Counted from the stretch's first letter, positions 13,904-26,690 are shown. The stretch: DNA of 64,000 bases from Octopus vulgaris (GCA_951406725.2 OX597818.1:106578001-106642000), one strand, 5' to 3'. Program-made: numbers and translations. Notes: a model not told the origin generated them from the sequence alone.

Positions 13904-15331
13904 TATACACACAAACACACACACTCACAAAATACACATACATGCACACACACATATACATATATATATATATACATATACACAAACATACACACTCACA
14001 AAAACACACACATGCACAACAACACTGGTGTTTATGTGTATATGCGTAAGTTCTTCATGGAGTTCACGAAAACATTTTCTGATAAAGTATAAAAAGTTTT
14101 CGGCAATACCTGGTGGTCGATTGATTTAGTTTGTGCACCTGCATGATTACTTTTGAAATATTCATCTTTGTCGATGCATATACAATCAAGAGTGTGCACA
14201 TTCATTTAAAAAGTCTCCAATGGAGAATCTGTTGAATCGCAGGACTGCACCAATGCACTGATGTCTTCTTTGAGATCCTTTTTTGGCAGCTGATGCCCTC
14301 CCTAATGCCAACCATTCTATAGATTGTGCTGAGTGCTTTTGTCCATTTATGACAAAGGTATTGTAATGCACAAGGCTAATGCCCTAAAGTGTGGCCCCTA
14401 TGACCGAGGGAAATCAGAAGAGAGAATGGGCCTAGGTAGAGTATTGAAAGGGAAAATGGCAGGGAAGAGGGAAGGGTTGAAAAGAAGGAAGGGATGGGAC
14501 TAAAAAGATGATAGGGTAGGGGTGTATGAGGAGGGAGGTGTCTGGAGCTATCAAACATTATAAGAGGAAAATAAGGAAATAAGCAAGGATGGAGACGAAA
14601 TCCTGAAGGAAAGAGGGGGAGGCTCGTGTACAAAGGTCAGAGGAGGAAGATGAGATGGGATGTTGAGGAGGCAGTTTTTCTGTGGTTGGATACCCTTCGT
14701 ACCAGTTGCAAACAAGGTAATATTTCCCCAAGACAGATATGTTTTCATGGAATATAGCAAATGAATTAAATTCATTTGCAACAAATACTCACTCACAAGC
14801 ATACATACATACATACACATATCTACATGCACACAGACACACACACATACATACACACGCATGCATTTACTACACTGATGAAACTAGTGGCGACCTGTAG
14901 AGTAGAAGTGAGTAATTAAAAGTTTTACTTAGAAACATATTTTACAGGAAGAAAAGAAAATTTTAAAGTATTAAAAATCAAATTATCAAAAAAAAAAATG
15001 CCTGGAACTACATCACCAAGGAAACAAAGATAAAGGAAAAGGAAGGGGAAATTAAGGAGCAAAAGCAGAGGGGAAGGGTGTAACACATTGTAGACCCCAG
15101 ATCAAATGGTGTGCTCCAGCTGTGCGTTATGGAGATAACTGCAAAGGCATTGACATGGGTAAGGGCCAGTGATCTTCACTGCAACTGCCACCACTTGAAT
15201 ATAAAAGGCAATTTACTTGAGCCTTAATGATGGAGAGGTTAAAGGATCTTCATTAAGGTCAACATCTGCAATGTTCTACATGATCTGAATAGAAGAGAAA
15301 ATAATACTTAGACATACACATATGTTATACA

Positions 15332-15993
15332 CAGGGCTGGATTAAGGCCCATAGAGGCCCTAAGCACTTAAAAGATTTGGGTGCCCCCCATATACACGTA
15401 ATTCAAAATATAGACAGTTATAAGCCATAAAATAAAGTTTTATTTAACAAAATGAAACAAAACTTAAACAGGAAGATGGAAAATAATGTTTATTTTTGCA
15501 AATTGTCTCTTTATTTGTCTTTGAAAAGTTTTTGCCTTCTCATTTTAATTACAAAGTCTTTGATGAAATCCTCACTTTGACACCATGAACACTTTGCAAT
15601 TATATGTATGATCACATATAGCACTTTGAGCAAGTTTAAAGGGATTTCTTTTGTGCCATAAACCTATTTCTTTACTACCCACAAGGGGCTAGACACAGAG
15701 GGGACAAACAAGGACAGACAAACGGATTAAGTCGATTATATCGACCCCAGTGCGTAACTGGTACTTAATTTATCGACCCCGAAAGGATGAAAGGCAAAGT
15801 CAACCTCGGCGGAATTTGAACTCAGAACGAAACGGCAGACGAAATGCATCTTCGCATTTCGCCCGGCATGCTAACGTTTCTGCCAGCTCACCGCCTTTTG
15901 TGCCATAAACCATTTACCATTTCTGTGGTGTCTCCTACTTCCCTTGGTGCCCTTAACACTTACTGTTTTTGCTTAATGGTTAATTCAGCTCTG
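15332..15993. mobile_element. Non-autonomous hAT-like element
   Basis: TIRs cagggctggattaa / ttaattcagctctg. Imperfect 8-bp TSD gttataca / gctgtaca. Confidence 0.65.
15665..15895 (-). mobile_element. Full-length Meta/MESC-like SINE inserted in the hAT-like element
   Basis: Reverse complement of the 46573 family. 16-bp TSD ttttgtgccataaacc at 15649-15664 and 15896-15911. Confidence 0.9.
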
Positions 15994-16914
15994 GCTGTAC
16001 AACAGCTTTATTGAGGATATATTTGTTATTGCGATCAAAATACAGGGCGATGTCGATAATTTAAAGGAAGGCCTAGAAACCTACTGTACAACATCCAGAA
16101 TAACCAAACTATGACTCTTCATTACACCATTTCTATAGACAGAAGCAATCTAGATACATTCTGTCTGTCTAAATTAATAAATGCCTTCTTTACATGGAAA
16201 CAGTGAATTCAACAGAGATATAAAATGCCAATGGTGGATCCACTCCTCAGTTGAGAAGCATTTAAATTTTCATTATGCAAATGAAGTTGTATGCAAAGAA
16301 ACCAACAGAATAAAACAAGAATCATTGACAAAGGTTAGACAAAGCAGCCGGTAGAGCCAGCAAGAGAACAACTGAGACACACATTCAGTGCATAAAACCT
16401 TCACACCAACTGAACATTATAAACAGAACACATGAATCATATGCACACTGTCTATAAAAGAGATGAACAGATTATCAAAAACATTCATAAAACTGAACAC
16501 ATATTGTATTGCAGCCAGTCATAAACCAACAATAATAATATGCTATGAAAATGTTATAACTGAAAACGAATAGCATTCGCTCACCATTCCATTCCAAATT
16601 GCCAAAGATAGTAGCTGATTGTAGCACGGTCCCAAGCTGCTGATAATGTCCCCAAGGACCTAATTTTACAGTAACATTAAGTACATATGAATGTGAATGT
16701 GGGTATTTATTTATTCATAAGCCAAGCTGTATTTGTACTCTAGTAATTATGTAAATGAATTTGTGCTAAGGTACATACCTGCCTTACTGTTTAGTATGCG
16801 GCATCGAGCAGTACGAATATAAAAAGGGAAGTTTCAAACTGAAGCATAGACACACACACACCCACACACACACATATATGTATGGATGGATATATATATA
16901 TATATAAATGGAAA

Positions 16915-17045
16915 ATAACAACAACAACAATAATAATAATGATAATAATAATAATAATAATAATGATAATAATAATGATAATAATAATGATGATGATGAT
17001 GATAATAATGATAATAATAATGATGATGATGATGATGATAATAAT
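16915..17045. repeat. (AAC/AAT/GAT)n trinucleotide array
   Basis: Direct observation. Confidence 0.9.
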
Positions 17046-17699
17046 GCATGTGCCTGGTGTACTCTTTTCAAATGGGTAGTCATGATAGCTATACTTTACC
17101 CCAGTGTCTCTCTGACGGCATGCACTGCTCTCTCACTCAATAATAATAATAAATAATAATAACTATTGTTTCATATTTTGGCACAAGGCCAGTATTTTAG
17201 GCGCAGTGTATTCGTTGATAGCAGCAACCCTCAGTACATGACTGGTACTTTATTTCATTGACACTGAAAGGATGAAAGACAAAGCTGATCCGAGTGGAAT
17301 TTGAACTCAAAAAATAAAAAGCTAGAATAATAAGAGATATCAACAACAATAATAATAATAATCAGAACCAGAATCCTAATCGTAATAAAAGAAGCCACTA
17401 GCAGCAGACATGTAGTGAGACCAAGTGGTGGTGGTCATGTATTGGCACAGTTGTGCTGTGACAACTGTAGCTGATCAGGGCTGGTCGTGTACCTGTAAAA
17501 GCAACAGTCTTCAGCCCAGCATGAGCGCTCCTTTTTGCAGTCAGTCACCAGAAAAACTCGATGCCACAAATGATCCCACATTCCATTTCAGTTGCAAGAA
17601 AGATGCTTAACTCATCAACCCTTCCACTGTGAGAGATCCTCTTTTTTTCAGGTAATAAGAAAAAAGAATTAGAGTCGGTAGAAAAAGTTGAGAGAAATA

Positions 17700-18065
17700 C
17701 TAAATGTATGGAACGTTCTGAGCCAAGAACAGATTGTATAATGTATCTGTATGAAATGCAGTGATGTATGGGCATTGAATGAAGAAGATGTGCCATGGTT
17801 GGGAAGAAATAAAATGAGGATGGATCCCTAATGTTATTGTGCACAAAAGACAACAAATGAACTGAGGGGTACGGCGGAAATAGGAAGAACCAAGTGCAGC
17901 GAACAGAGGACAATGGCGATGCTGGTGCAGATGTGTAATGCATGATAGGTGCAATGGGAAAGAAGATGCATGGAAAGGCAAAGGAAGTAAAATAGAAAAA
18001 AAAAAAATCCAAGAAACTATGGGCAGAAGTTGCAAAGAGTGATCTCAGAAAGTTCAATCTCCATA
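17700..18065 (+). mobile_element. Degenerate RTE-type LINE 3' fragment
   Basis: Resembles 41800-42240 in nucleotide order (ctgtatga...gcagtga...tgggc, gctgg...catgtaatg, gatctcagaaagttcaatct). Frameshifted. Confidence 0.45.
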
Positions 18066-18189
18066 AGTGGCAGGATGGTGTCTTGGAAGGGACACGTGCA
18101 ACTCATGCAAGAATGGGGAAATGGAAAGAAAAATAATAATTATATAGATGTTCGTTTATGTATATACTATCTGTCTGTCTGTCTATCTA

Positions 18190-18450
18190 TCATTTAACAT
18201 TTGCCTTTCATGCTGGCATGGGTTGGACAGTTTGACAGGAGCTGGCCAGGCAGGAGCCTGTGCCATGTTTCTGTGTCTGTTTTGACATAGTTTTTACGGA
18301 TGGATGCCCTTCCTAACACCAAACACCCCACAGAGTGGACTGAATGCTTTTTACGTGGCACCAGCACAGGTGAGGTCAGTTTTGGCATGGTTTTACAGAT
18401 GGACGCCCTGCATGCACTAGCAGGGTCACCAAGTAACTTGCAAGAAAAAA
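18190..18450 (-). mobile_element. (GAT)n-tailed SINE copy
   Basis: catgctggcatgggttggacagtttgac...tggatgcccttcctaacacc, the reverse complement of the 33915 family. Confidence 0.75.
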
Positions 18451-18516
18451 ACCTTTGAGAGGAGAAGGAGCAATGGAGGAGGCAGTCTTGTGTCAGCTGA
18501 TAAAATGTTAGAGAGT

Positions 18517-18554
<38 letters not shown>

Positions 18555-18949
18555 TCAAGAATGAGGGCAGAAACAGGTGTACTGCAGTAAAGGAGATACA
18601 TGGTTACCCAGCCAGAGGGAAGAGCAAGAGGAAAAGAGAGAGTTGAAGACAGCAAGAGAGAACAGGAGAGAGATGGTGGCAAAGTGTTGGGGCCAAAGTG
18701 CTCACAAGGAACGGGGATCAGAACATAGATGGGATGGTAGAGAGAGATGGATTGTGGCAAGTGCCAGGGCATACCATCAAGGTGTGGAGGTCATAATATA
18801 AGTGGCGGGGTATTGCCAAGCAAGCGTGAATAGGGAGTGGGGGTGGAGAAGGCAGTGACTGGTGAGAACTTGGGTATATAGATGGGGGTGGGGGGATTAT
18901 GGGATAGCAATGATGCAGTGAGCAAGTCAGGGTTGGGGAGTAGGAAATA

Positions 18950-19135
18950 ATCATAATGTATGCACCACATGTCCAAACCAATGTAGTCTTCCTTCTTCCA
19001 TGCTACATTTGATTCCTCTTATGCCCAACTTTTCTCTCAACACATTTACACTTTGTTGTACTTGCGCACAGATATTGCACATCAAGTGGAGCATACTGCC
19101 TTCATTCCACTCCAGTGTATACACGTCTTCTGCAT
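18950..19135 (-). mobile_element. RTE-type LINE RT C-terminal fragment
   Basis: ORF-track peptide NEGSMLHLMCNI...LREKLGIRGIKCSMEEGRLHWFGHV (RLxWFGHV motif of RTE ORFs). Confidence 0.75.
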
Positions 19136-19537
19136 TCTGAGCCCTTGTCTCCCTGTTATACACAAGCATCATACAGTCTACCTTTGCATTTTTGCAGTCT
19201 TTCCAGAACCTGTCTCTTTGCTTTTATAGCGTTGTCTACCTCTTTGTTCCACCTCTATGTTACCCTCAGCCTAGCTGGGACTTTGCACCAGCCATGTGTG
19301 TTTGAGGTAAAATATTTTACCTTCGCCCATCTAATACAATAAATGAATTAATTGCATTGCAATTATAAGCATTTATGTATTTGGCATTTGAGTGCTTCAC
19401 CAGCAGTATATTGGATAACTGATATCCCATAGTGGGTTACACTCATAACCCCTATCTCACTTTGTACTTATATATATATATATATACACACACACATGTA
19501 TACATACATACATTATATATGCACACACATATATACA

Positions 19538-19680
19538 CGTATACGTACATACATATATATACGTATACGTACATACATATATATACGTATAAGTACATAC
19601 ATATATATACGTATAAGTACATACATATATATACGTATAAGTACATACATATATATACGTATAAGTACATACATATATAT
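19538..19680. repeat. 24-bp minisatellite (acgtataagtacatacatatatat)n
   Basis: About 6 tandem copies. Confidence 0.85.
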
Positions 19681-19707
19681 ATACATGTATATATATATAT
19701 ATGCGTA

Positions 19708-19760
<53 letters not shown>

Positions 19761-20214
19761 TGTGTACTATTTACATTATCCACAGAATGGATTATGTAAA
19801 CAAAATGTGTATAGCACGTATAACCATTCCAACATACTTCGGCACACTATCCCTCTAGCCACTTTCAACCATCAATGTGAAGGTCAACTTAAGTGTATAG
19901 TAAAGCTTATGTGCCCAACATGAAATGCAGTGGAATTGAACTCTAGACCTTGTGACTGAAGACAACTGTTTCACATCAACCGTTGATATATTTCAATATA
20001 TAATGTGAGTGTATTTGTAAATCCCCTGTCCTGGGCGGCTGCCAACGCATCTTTTTACATGGTTCACATATTTTCAAATATTTTATAGTCTGTGACATTT
20101 TCGTGATACTTTGTTTAAATTCAGAATAAATGTGGCTGTCCGTTAAATAGCGATCAACAAAATACACATCAGCTGTTTAGATAGATGGGGTTGACTTGCT
20201 CGACTCGAAAATGC

Positions 20215-20283
20215 ATGCATGCATGCATGCATACATACATACATACATACATACATACATACATACATACATACATACATACA

Positions 20284-20312
<29 letters not shown>
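20215..20312. repeat. (GCAT)n-(ACAT)n microsatellite
   Basis: Direct observation. Confidence 0.95.
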
Positions 20313-20314
<2 letters not shown>

Positions 20315-20857
20315 TTATTTATATGTGTATGATAGGTTGCACAAGCAGGAGAAATGAAATTTAATCAACTAAATATCGCGTTTATATTATTTTATTTATA
20401 ATGAAGTAGCTACACTGGTAACTTTTGGACCGCGGTTTCAAAACGAAAGCACTTACGAAACGTGAATAAATAGGTTTCCGTTTTAAAATTTTATTCCCTA
20501 TTCGTGAAACCTGCGTATATATGAATACTCTAATCCACACATACAACCATCTGTCTGTCTGTCTACTTAAAGGCATGTATCTATGTAATTAATGCAACAC
20601 ACAAGCATACACGTGCGTGCGCACACACACACACACAAACTCCGACTTTGCTGAGTGTTGCAGTTTGATGGAAACCCTTTCACGTTGGCGGATCAATGAA
20701 TCAGCCTTTCTCGAAGAGACACACGTGCTTTTCCGTGTCACTTCTTCTTACTACAATTTCGCTCTCTCTCTCTCTCTTTCTCTCTGTTGCCAACATATGT
20801 GTGTGTGTGTGTGTTGGTGCAAACGGGAAAAATAGAACTCAAAATACGAGTATATGC

Positions 20858-20894
<37 letters not shown>

Positions 20895-20905
<11 letters not shown>

Positions 20906-21165
20906 ATACATACTTATTACATATGTTTGCATGTATGTAGGAACGTTTGCATGTATATAATATGCACGCTGACAGATTATATACATGCATATATAATGTG
21001 TAAGTGTGTATGTGTGTGCGTGTATATATATATATATATAAAATGATCTTTATGACTCGTATTACTACCTCAGTCAATCTAAATGTATATATTTGTCACT
21101 ACCTGTCATAAATAGCCTTTTCTATCTGCAATATGCATTTTCGTTGATTTTTCATATTTTATTCC

Positions 21166-21202
<37 letters not shown>

Positions 21203-21570
21203 GTATGTTTGTATATATATATGCATGTATATTTTTATTAATATTTAGCAGAAGTTGATACTTTTCAAAGTGGTAAGTGCCAACGCACGAAACTCTTGGA
21301 CATTGAGTCACTCAGTTACTTCTGCTAAATATTAATTAAAAAATATATGCATATATATACATACATACATACATACACACACATATATATATATTTATAT
21401 ATATATACACACACATATATTTATATATATATACACATATATACATGCATACATACACAAACATACTCATATATGTATATAATCTGTTAGCGTGCATGTT
21501 ATATACACACATACAAACGTTCCTACATACATGCAAACATATGTAATAAGTATGTATACACACATACACA
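20895..21570. repeat. Large imperfect inverted duplication
   Basis: About 20900-20986 is the reverse complement of about 21473-21564. Inner 18-bp arms at 21238-21255 and 21318-21335. Confidence 0.8.
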
Positions 21571-22087
21571 GACACACACACACATATATATACACACACA
21601 TACATACATATCCCTGACAGTCTTTCACGCCCGATCTTTGTGTGTGCGTGTGTTGTAATAGTGTTTATAGTGCCTTGGTAGCGTTAATGGTGGTGGTAGT
21701 AGTAGTAGTAGTAGTAGAAGCAGTAGTAGTTGTGGTGGTGATGGTTGCGGTGGTTGTAAAGTCTGCTGCGGTGGTTATGAGTGCGTTCGGTGGTAAATTG
21801 TGGAGGAAGCGAAGCATCGGTACCAAGGAAAGACCCAAATATTCTTTGTTCAAGCAAATTCGCCCCTGCTTATAATATTCTCTCCGCCAAGCTTTGTGGA
21901 TACCTGAGTGCGCTGCGGTGGTTTGGCTACAGTGACCACCCAGCATAACAGTACTCGTAGAGAGAGAGAGAGAGAGAGAGAGATGCTTTGTTATAAACAG
22001 ACGAGGTGGTGGTGTGGTGCCTTCAAGTGATGGTGGTTTTTTTATGAAGTTAGTGAAGGTGGTGGTAGTAGTAGTAGGGACATTATC

Positions 22088-22314
22088 TGTTTCTTTATTG
22101 CCCACAAGGGGCTAAACATAGAGGGGACAAACAAGGACAGACAAATGGATTAAGTCGATTACATCGACCCCAGTGCGTAACTGGTACTTAATTTATCGAA
22201 CCCCGAAAGGATGAAAGGCAAAGTCGACCTCGGCGGAATTTGAACTCAGAACGCAACGACAGACGCAATACTGCTAAGCATTTCGCTCGGTGTGCTAACG
22301 TTTCTGCCAGCTCG
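22088..22314 (-). mobile_element. Meta/MESC-like SINE with TSD
   Basis: 12-bp TSD agggacattatc at 22076-22087 and 22315-22326. CpGs largely intact. Confidence 0.9.
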
Positions 22315-22915
22315 AGGGACATTATCGAACCCGGCACCAACGTTGTTATCGCGTTTCGCTTCTGGGTTTAGTTCCAGACATCAAAGCCTGGGGAAACGTT
22401 GGAACGGCTGGGGAGCTTCTATACATTCACTTGTGCGGCGCATCCTTTTGTGGGCAGATAATCACACACACACACCTGTCATCACATACAATAATGTTTT
22501 ATGCGATGGTGACATGGTAAGAAAGCGTATGATACCCATTGTGATAGTATGTGTACATACGCACATACATACACACATGTATGTATGTATGTTTGTATTG
22601 TTGTGATAACTAGTAATGATGTGTGCATGTGTGTATACTCACCGTATGTCCACCCTGTGTTTAATACAGTATTCAGTGTTACAAGTCGTGGCAAGGATAT
22701 TTAAAGAGTAAACGATGCACTTGGTTTAATGCCTGGATATTTCAACATCTAAACACATTGAGCAAACAGCATGGGCACTAAAACACACACACACACTGTC
22801 ACATGGTTTGGTCTGGTTTCTTAAGCTCGATGTCCTAAACGTCAACCACTTTACACACACGCATACATACACTTTCACACATATGCAAATATATATATAT
22901 ATGCACATGTATGTG

Positions 22916-23011
<96 letters not shown>

Positions 23012-23039
23012 TCCTTCTCTTCCACTTTGACGACACAAA

Positions 23040-23525
23040 TTTCAAAGAGATTTCGTTTCTATCCGTGAGATCAAACCTGTCATTACCTTCTGACTGCCAC
23101 CAATACGGACAAGCAATGGAGCATAGGGCTCTTAACACTTGTCATTCCTGGATCTTTTCCAGGTTTATGGATGATATCTTAATATTGATTCCTCTTAGGA
23201 AACTTAACATATTATACAAATTCAACAGCGTTGTCAACCCTATAGATTCCAAAATCAAATACCCCGATGACAGCTTACCTCCTTCGCAGTTAGATCCCTA
23301 GCCCAACAGGAAGGATCTATCCACCCCACTTTCTACAAGAAAGCAACCAGCAGGGACCTATTTATGCGCTACGTTTAGGTCATTCTCAACAGTAACAAAG
23401 CTATCTTCATACAAAACGAAATTTCTTGGATACGCAACAGTTGCAGCATGGGTACTTAAAGCTATCAACAGACGATTCCAGAAAGTTCTACTAAATAATG
23501 GTTATCAATCATCTTTGGCCAAATG
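23040..23525 (+). pseudogene. Penelope-like element reverse transcriptase relic
   Basis: In order: GQAM, RFMDDILIL (YxDD-equivalent, 23161), FNSV..IK, FYKKAT (YRKPT-like, 23331), NEISWIRNSCS and LLNNGY (23488). This is the PLE RT and thumb motif order, with frameshifts and stops. Confidence 0.7.
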
Positions 23526-23833
23526 CTAGAAGGTTCGTATATATGAAAGGAAGATCTACACTTTCAGAGAATGTTTCTATTACTGTTATGTAATTATTTA
23601 AGCATTTTGATGTGACACGTTACGTCCTATAAAGCATCGGATATCATAACTGTTTTCTGCTTGTTATTATTATTATTGGCTTATGTCTCGTAGTTAATGT
23701 GTCGTTCTACAATGGATACTAGAGTGGAGTGTGGAACCCACTACTGAATTTCGTTTTTGGTTGCGTGTCACACTTTAGTGTGCAGCCCACAAGAAAGAAA
23801 GAGACCTCAATATTATGTAAATAGAGGAAATTT

Positions 23834-24006
23834 ATCTGTAAAATAATATGTGACAATTATTCGGTAGCCAAGATAAAACTCTGAGTTTCGGATGCCAAGG
23901 TGGAAATCCACAACACCATCACTTCGGTTATCTGGCCAGATAACCGAAGAGATGGTGTTGTAGCCATCTTGGCTACCGAATAATTGTCACATATTATTTT
24001 ACAGAT
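23834..24006. repeat. Nested palindrome containing a hammerhead-like motif
   Basis: Perfect 41-bp outer arms at 23834-23874 and 23966-24006. Inner 26-bp arms at 23910-23935 and 23936-23961 with 1 mismatch and no spacer. Confidence 0.9.
23871..23933 (-). ncRNA. Hammerhead-like motif (variant core)
   Basis: AGATAA-CCGAAGT-GATG...GTGGA TT TCCAC...CATC-C-GAAA-CTCAGAG-TT-TTATCT. The mirrored arm has core CCGAAGA. Confidence 0.55.
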
Positions 24007-24025
24007 ATATATATATATATATATA

Positions 24026-24114
24026 AAGTTAATCCAAACAAGAAAACAAAAAGACAACAACGCAAGGATGTGGAACAAATAAAGTATTATTGGACGCTCA
24101 GGTAAGAAGGGAAG
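24026..24114 (-). mobile_element. Truncated family A tail abutting the mariner left end
   Basis: Matches 40377-40480. Confidence 0.75.
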
Positions 24115-24116
24115 AA

Positions 24117-25375
24117 GTTGGCAGCTAAGTCCCCGCCATTTTTTTAAATTTTGGAATTTATTGCGCGTTTAAATTTTGGAATCTTTTTTTCGAGAATTCT
24201 ATTTTTGAATCATTTTGGAATTTTTTTTTTTTTCTAGTTAATTTTAGTTAATTCTTGTTTATTTTCAGATCATTAAAATGGAGTGTCAAGAAGAACGAGC
24301 ACTTTCGACACCTCCTTCTTTTTGCTTTTAATCAAGGTTCTAAGGCCGCAAAAGCAGCTTGCGACGTTTGTGCTGTGTATGGAGAGGGTGACATAGCTGA
24401 AAGAATCGCTCGTGATTGGTATGCCAAGTTCAAAAATGGAAATTTTGACCTCAAAGACGCACCTCGTTCTGGCCGTCCAGTTGAGTACGATGAAGAGCGA
24501 TTAAACCAACTTTTGCTCGAAAATTCTCGTCAAACGATAAGGAAACTGGCAGAGAAAATAGAATGCTCCCACACTGCTATAGAGAAGCATCTTCACTCGA
24601 TGGGAAAGGTTCAGAAGTATGGAGCAAGAGTTCCGCATGCTTTAAGTGACAACAACAAAACTGAACGAGTCACAATCTCTGCTGGTTTGCTTGCTCGTCA
24701 CCGCTCAACTCATGGACACAAGCAACGATTTCTTTACCAAATCATTATTGGCGACGAAAAATGGTGCCTGTACATCAATATGACGCAGCGTAAGGAAAGG
24801 CTTAGCCCCAGTAAACAAGCGACACCGCGCGTGAAACAAGATCTTCATCTGTGTAAAACGATGTTGTGCGTATGGTGGGACTGGAAAGGGATTATCCATT
24901 ACGAATTGCTTGAATGGAACCAAACGGTCAACGCGGAACTCTATGTTCAACAGATGGACCGACTCAACACGGCTACAAATCGGCAGCATGGAATTCTGCT
25001 GTATGACGCCTTCCCTCATATCGCCAATATGATCAAGGAAGCCATTCAAACGCATGGCTGAGAAATGCTGCCACACCTGCCGTACTCTCCTGATTTGGCA
25101 GCAACGGATTTCCACCTCTTTCGATCTCTTTCAAATGCTTTGCGCGGATTTTCGTTCAATACTGATGCAAAATTGAGAGCTTGGTTGGATTAATTTTTCG
25201 AGTCGGAATCGAGTGATTTCTACCAACGAGGTATTGAACATCTTTTTGAACGCTGGGAAGAAGTTGTAAACAACAAGGGTGAATACGTTATTGATTAATT
25301 AGTTATTTTTTTTATTAAAACTTTTTAAAAATTTAAATTTTAAAAAAAATGGTGGAAACTTAGTTGCCAACCTAA
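24117..25375 (+). mobile_element. Mariner DNA transposon (near full length)
   Basis: TIRs gttggcagctaagt (left end clipped) / acttagttgccaacctaa plus TA. Confidence 0.9.
24278..25298 (+). pseudogene. Mariner (DD34D-type) transposase pseudogene
   Basis: RSGRP, VPHAL, GDEKW, DAFPH (DNARPH-like) and PYSPDLAATDFHLF motifs. Early frameshift and in-frame stops at about 25059 and 25191. Confidence 0.9.
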
Positions 25376-25561
25376 TACAAAAATTCTTACGAGGGATATA
25401 TAATCCTAGCGGTTACCGTGTTCGTTCTTATCGGTTGTGAATGCCAGCTAGCCACAGTAAGTGTTTACGAAACTCGAGTTAGTTAAATCTACTATACTCA
25501 GTTATTCCTCACTTGGCAAATCTGAATGTCCTTATAAGGACTGCATATCTCTGTAGAGAAA

Positions 25562-25798
25562 ATAATGAAGTTAATGAAGATCAAGAGAACGGAGATTTTC
25601 ACATCCAAGTTTTATTATACAGTCATTAACATAGTTCTTCGCTTAGACCTACGACTCGTCTCCTCAAGAGGCACGCCTGTGTGCAGCAGCTTGCAGTAGA
25701 AACACGCGTAGATCTGAACGTAAAACTATATTAATAACGGTATAATAAAACCTGGATGTGCAAATCTCCTCTCTCCTGTTCTTCATTAATTTCATTAT
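25562..25798. repeat. Imperfect 90-bp inverted repeat with split hammerhead-like remnants
   Basis: Arms at 25562-25653 and 25707-25798. GAAA-CACGCG-TA at 25699-25710. Confidence 0.8.
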
Positions 25799-25834
25799 AT
25801 ATATATATATGGCTTCTGTCGCCATGATAGATCG

Positions 25835-26020
25835 TTAGCCACTACACATTTTTTTCTCTCTCCTTTTTTTCCTCTCCTTGTTTCTTCTGTGTCCCTTTCT
25901 GTAGAAGAGCGTAGGCTCGAAACGTAAAAGACTTTTTCTATTCCTGAGCGTTATACTAATACATCTGTTTGTTTTGTACACCACCTGTCTTCGTCTTTTG
26001 TTTTTTTCGTAAACTCTCCC
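25835..26020 (+). mobile_element. HHR-bearing short repeat family B
   Basis: 25895-25930 reads CTTT-CTGTAGA-A-GAGC-GTAG-GCTC-GAAA-CG-TA-AAAG. Tail ttcctgagcg...ctccc then (TA)n. Confidence 0.7.
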
Positions 26021-26329
26021 TATATATATATATATATATATAATGTATACGCACAAAAGTACATAAGCATGTATGTTTTTATGTCAAGCAATCAATATAT
26101 ACACTTACAAAGCTGGGGAGGGAGGGCGATAGGGAAGGTCTGCCCCGGGCGGCACTTTTAAAGGACACCACTTCTGGATCTGCTATAGGCAATTTATGGT
26201 TTTTGTGGGGTCCGGGGGGGGGGGGGGGGCAAACGGAAGGGCCGCCCCGGATGGCACACACACTCTAGTCACGCTAGTGTATATATGTATGCATATGTCT
26301 ATACAAACATATATCAATGTATTTATATA

Positions 26330-26690
26330 TGCCCTTACTGTCGCTAACCCTTTGTCTGCTTCCAAGCAAGGTAATATTTCCCTATGGTTGGCCCCTAAAT
26401 GTTCTTGCAGCAATTTGAAAATGAGTGAAGCTAGAGATGTATGATAACAACAACCATTTACAACTATCACACAATGTTAAGACAAGGAGAAAACACAAAT
26501 GTACACACGTACCAAGAAACTTATACGTGTGTGTGTGTGCGACGGGCTTCTTTCAGTCACCTTCCACCAAATCCACTGGCAAGGTAATGGCTAGCCTTGA
26601 GCTATAGTAGAAGACACCTGTCCAAGTTGCCACGCAGCGAACTGTACCCGGAAGTATGTGGTTCGGAAGCAAACTTCTTAAACCATGACA
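26330..26690 (-). mobile_element. CORE-like SINE head joined via (TG)n to an 8805-type body
   Basis: 26540-26690 matches the 57615 head, and 26330-26500 matches 8870-9045. Confidence 0.65.

Noticed and set aside
17380-17507. Strong-looking minus-strand acceptor ttgcttttacag|G at about 17492
   Set aside because: All three frames stop within about 32 codons and give no recognisable peptide. No support as an exon.
19538-19680. Regularly spaced repeats resembling a CRISPR array
   Set aside because: Head-to-tail minisatellite with no unique spacers, in a eukaryotic context.
26130-26280. GC-rich patch resembling a hAT MITE end (gccgccccgg...tcacgctagtg)
   Set aside because: Only one plausible terminus and no TSD, so it cannot be delimited.
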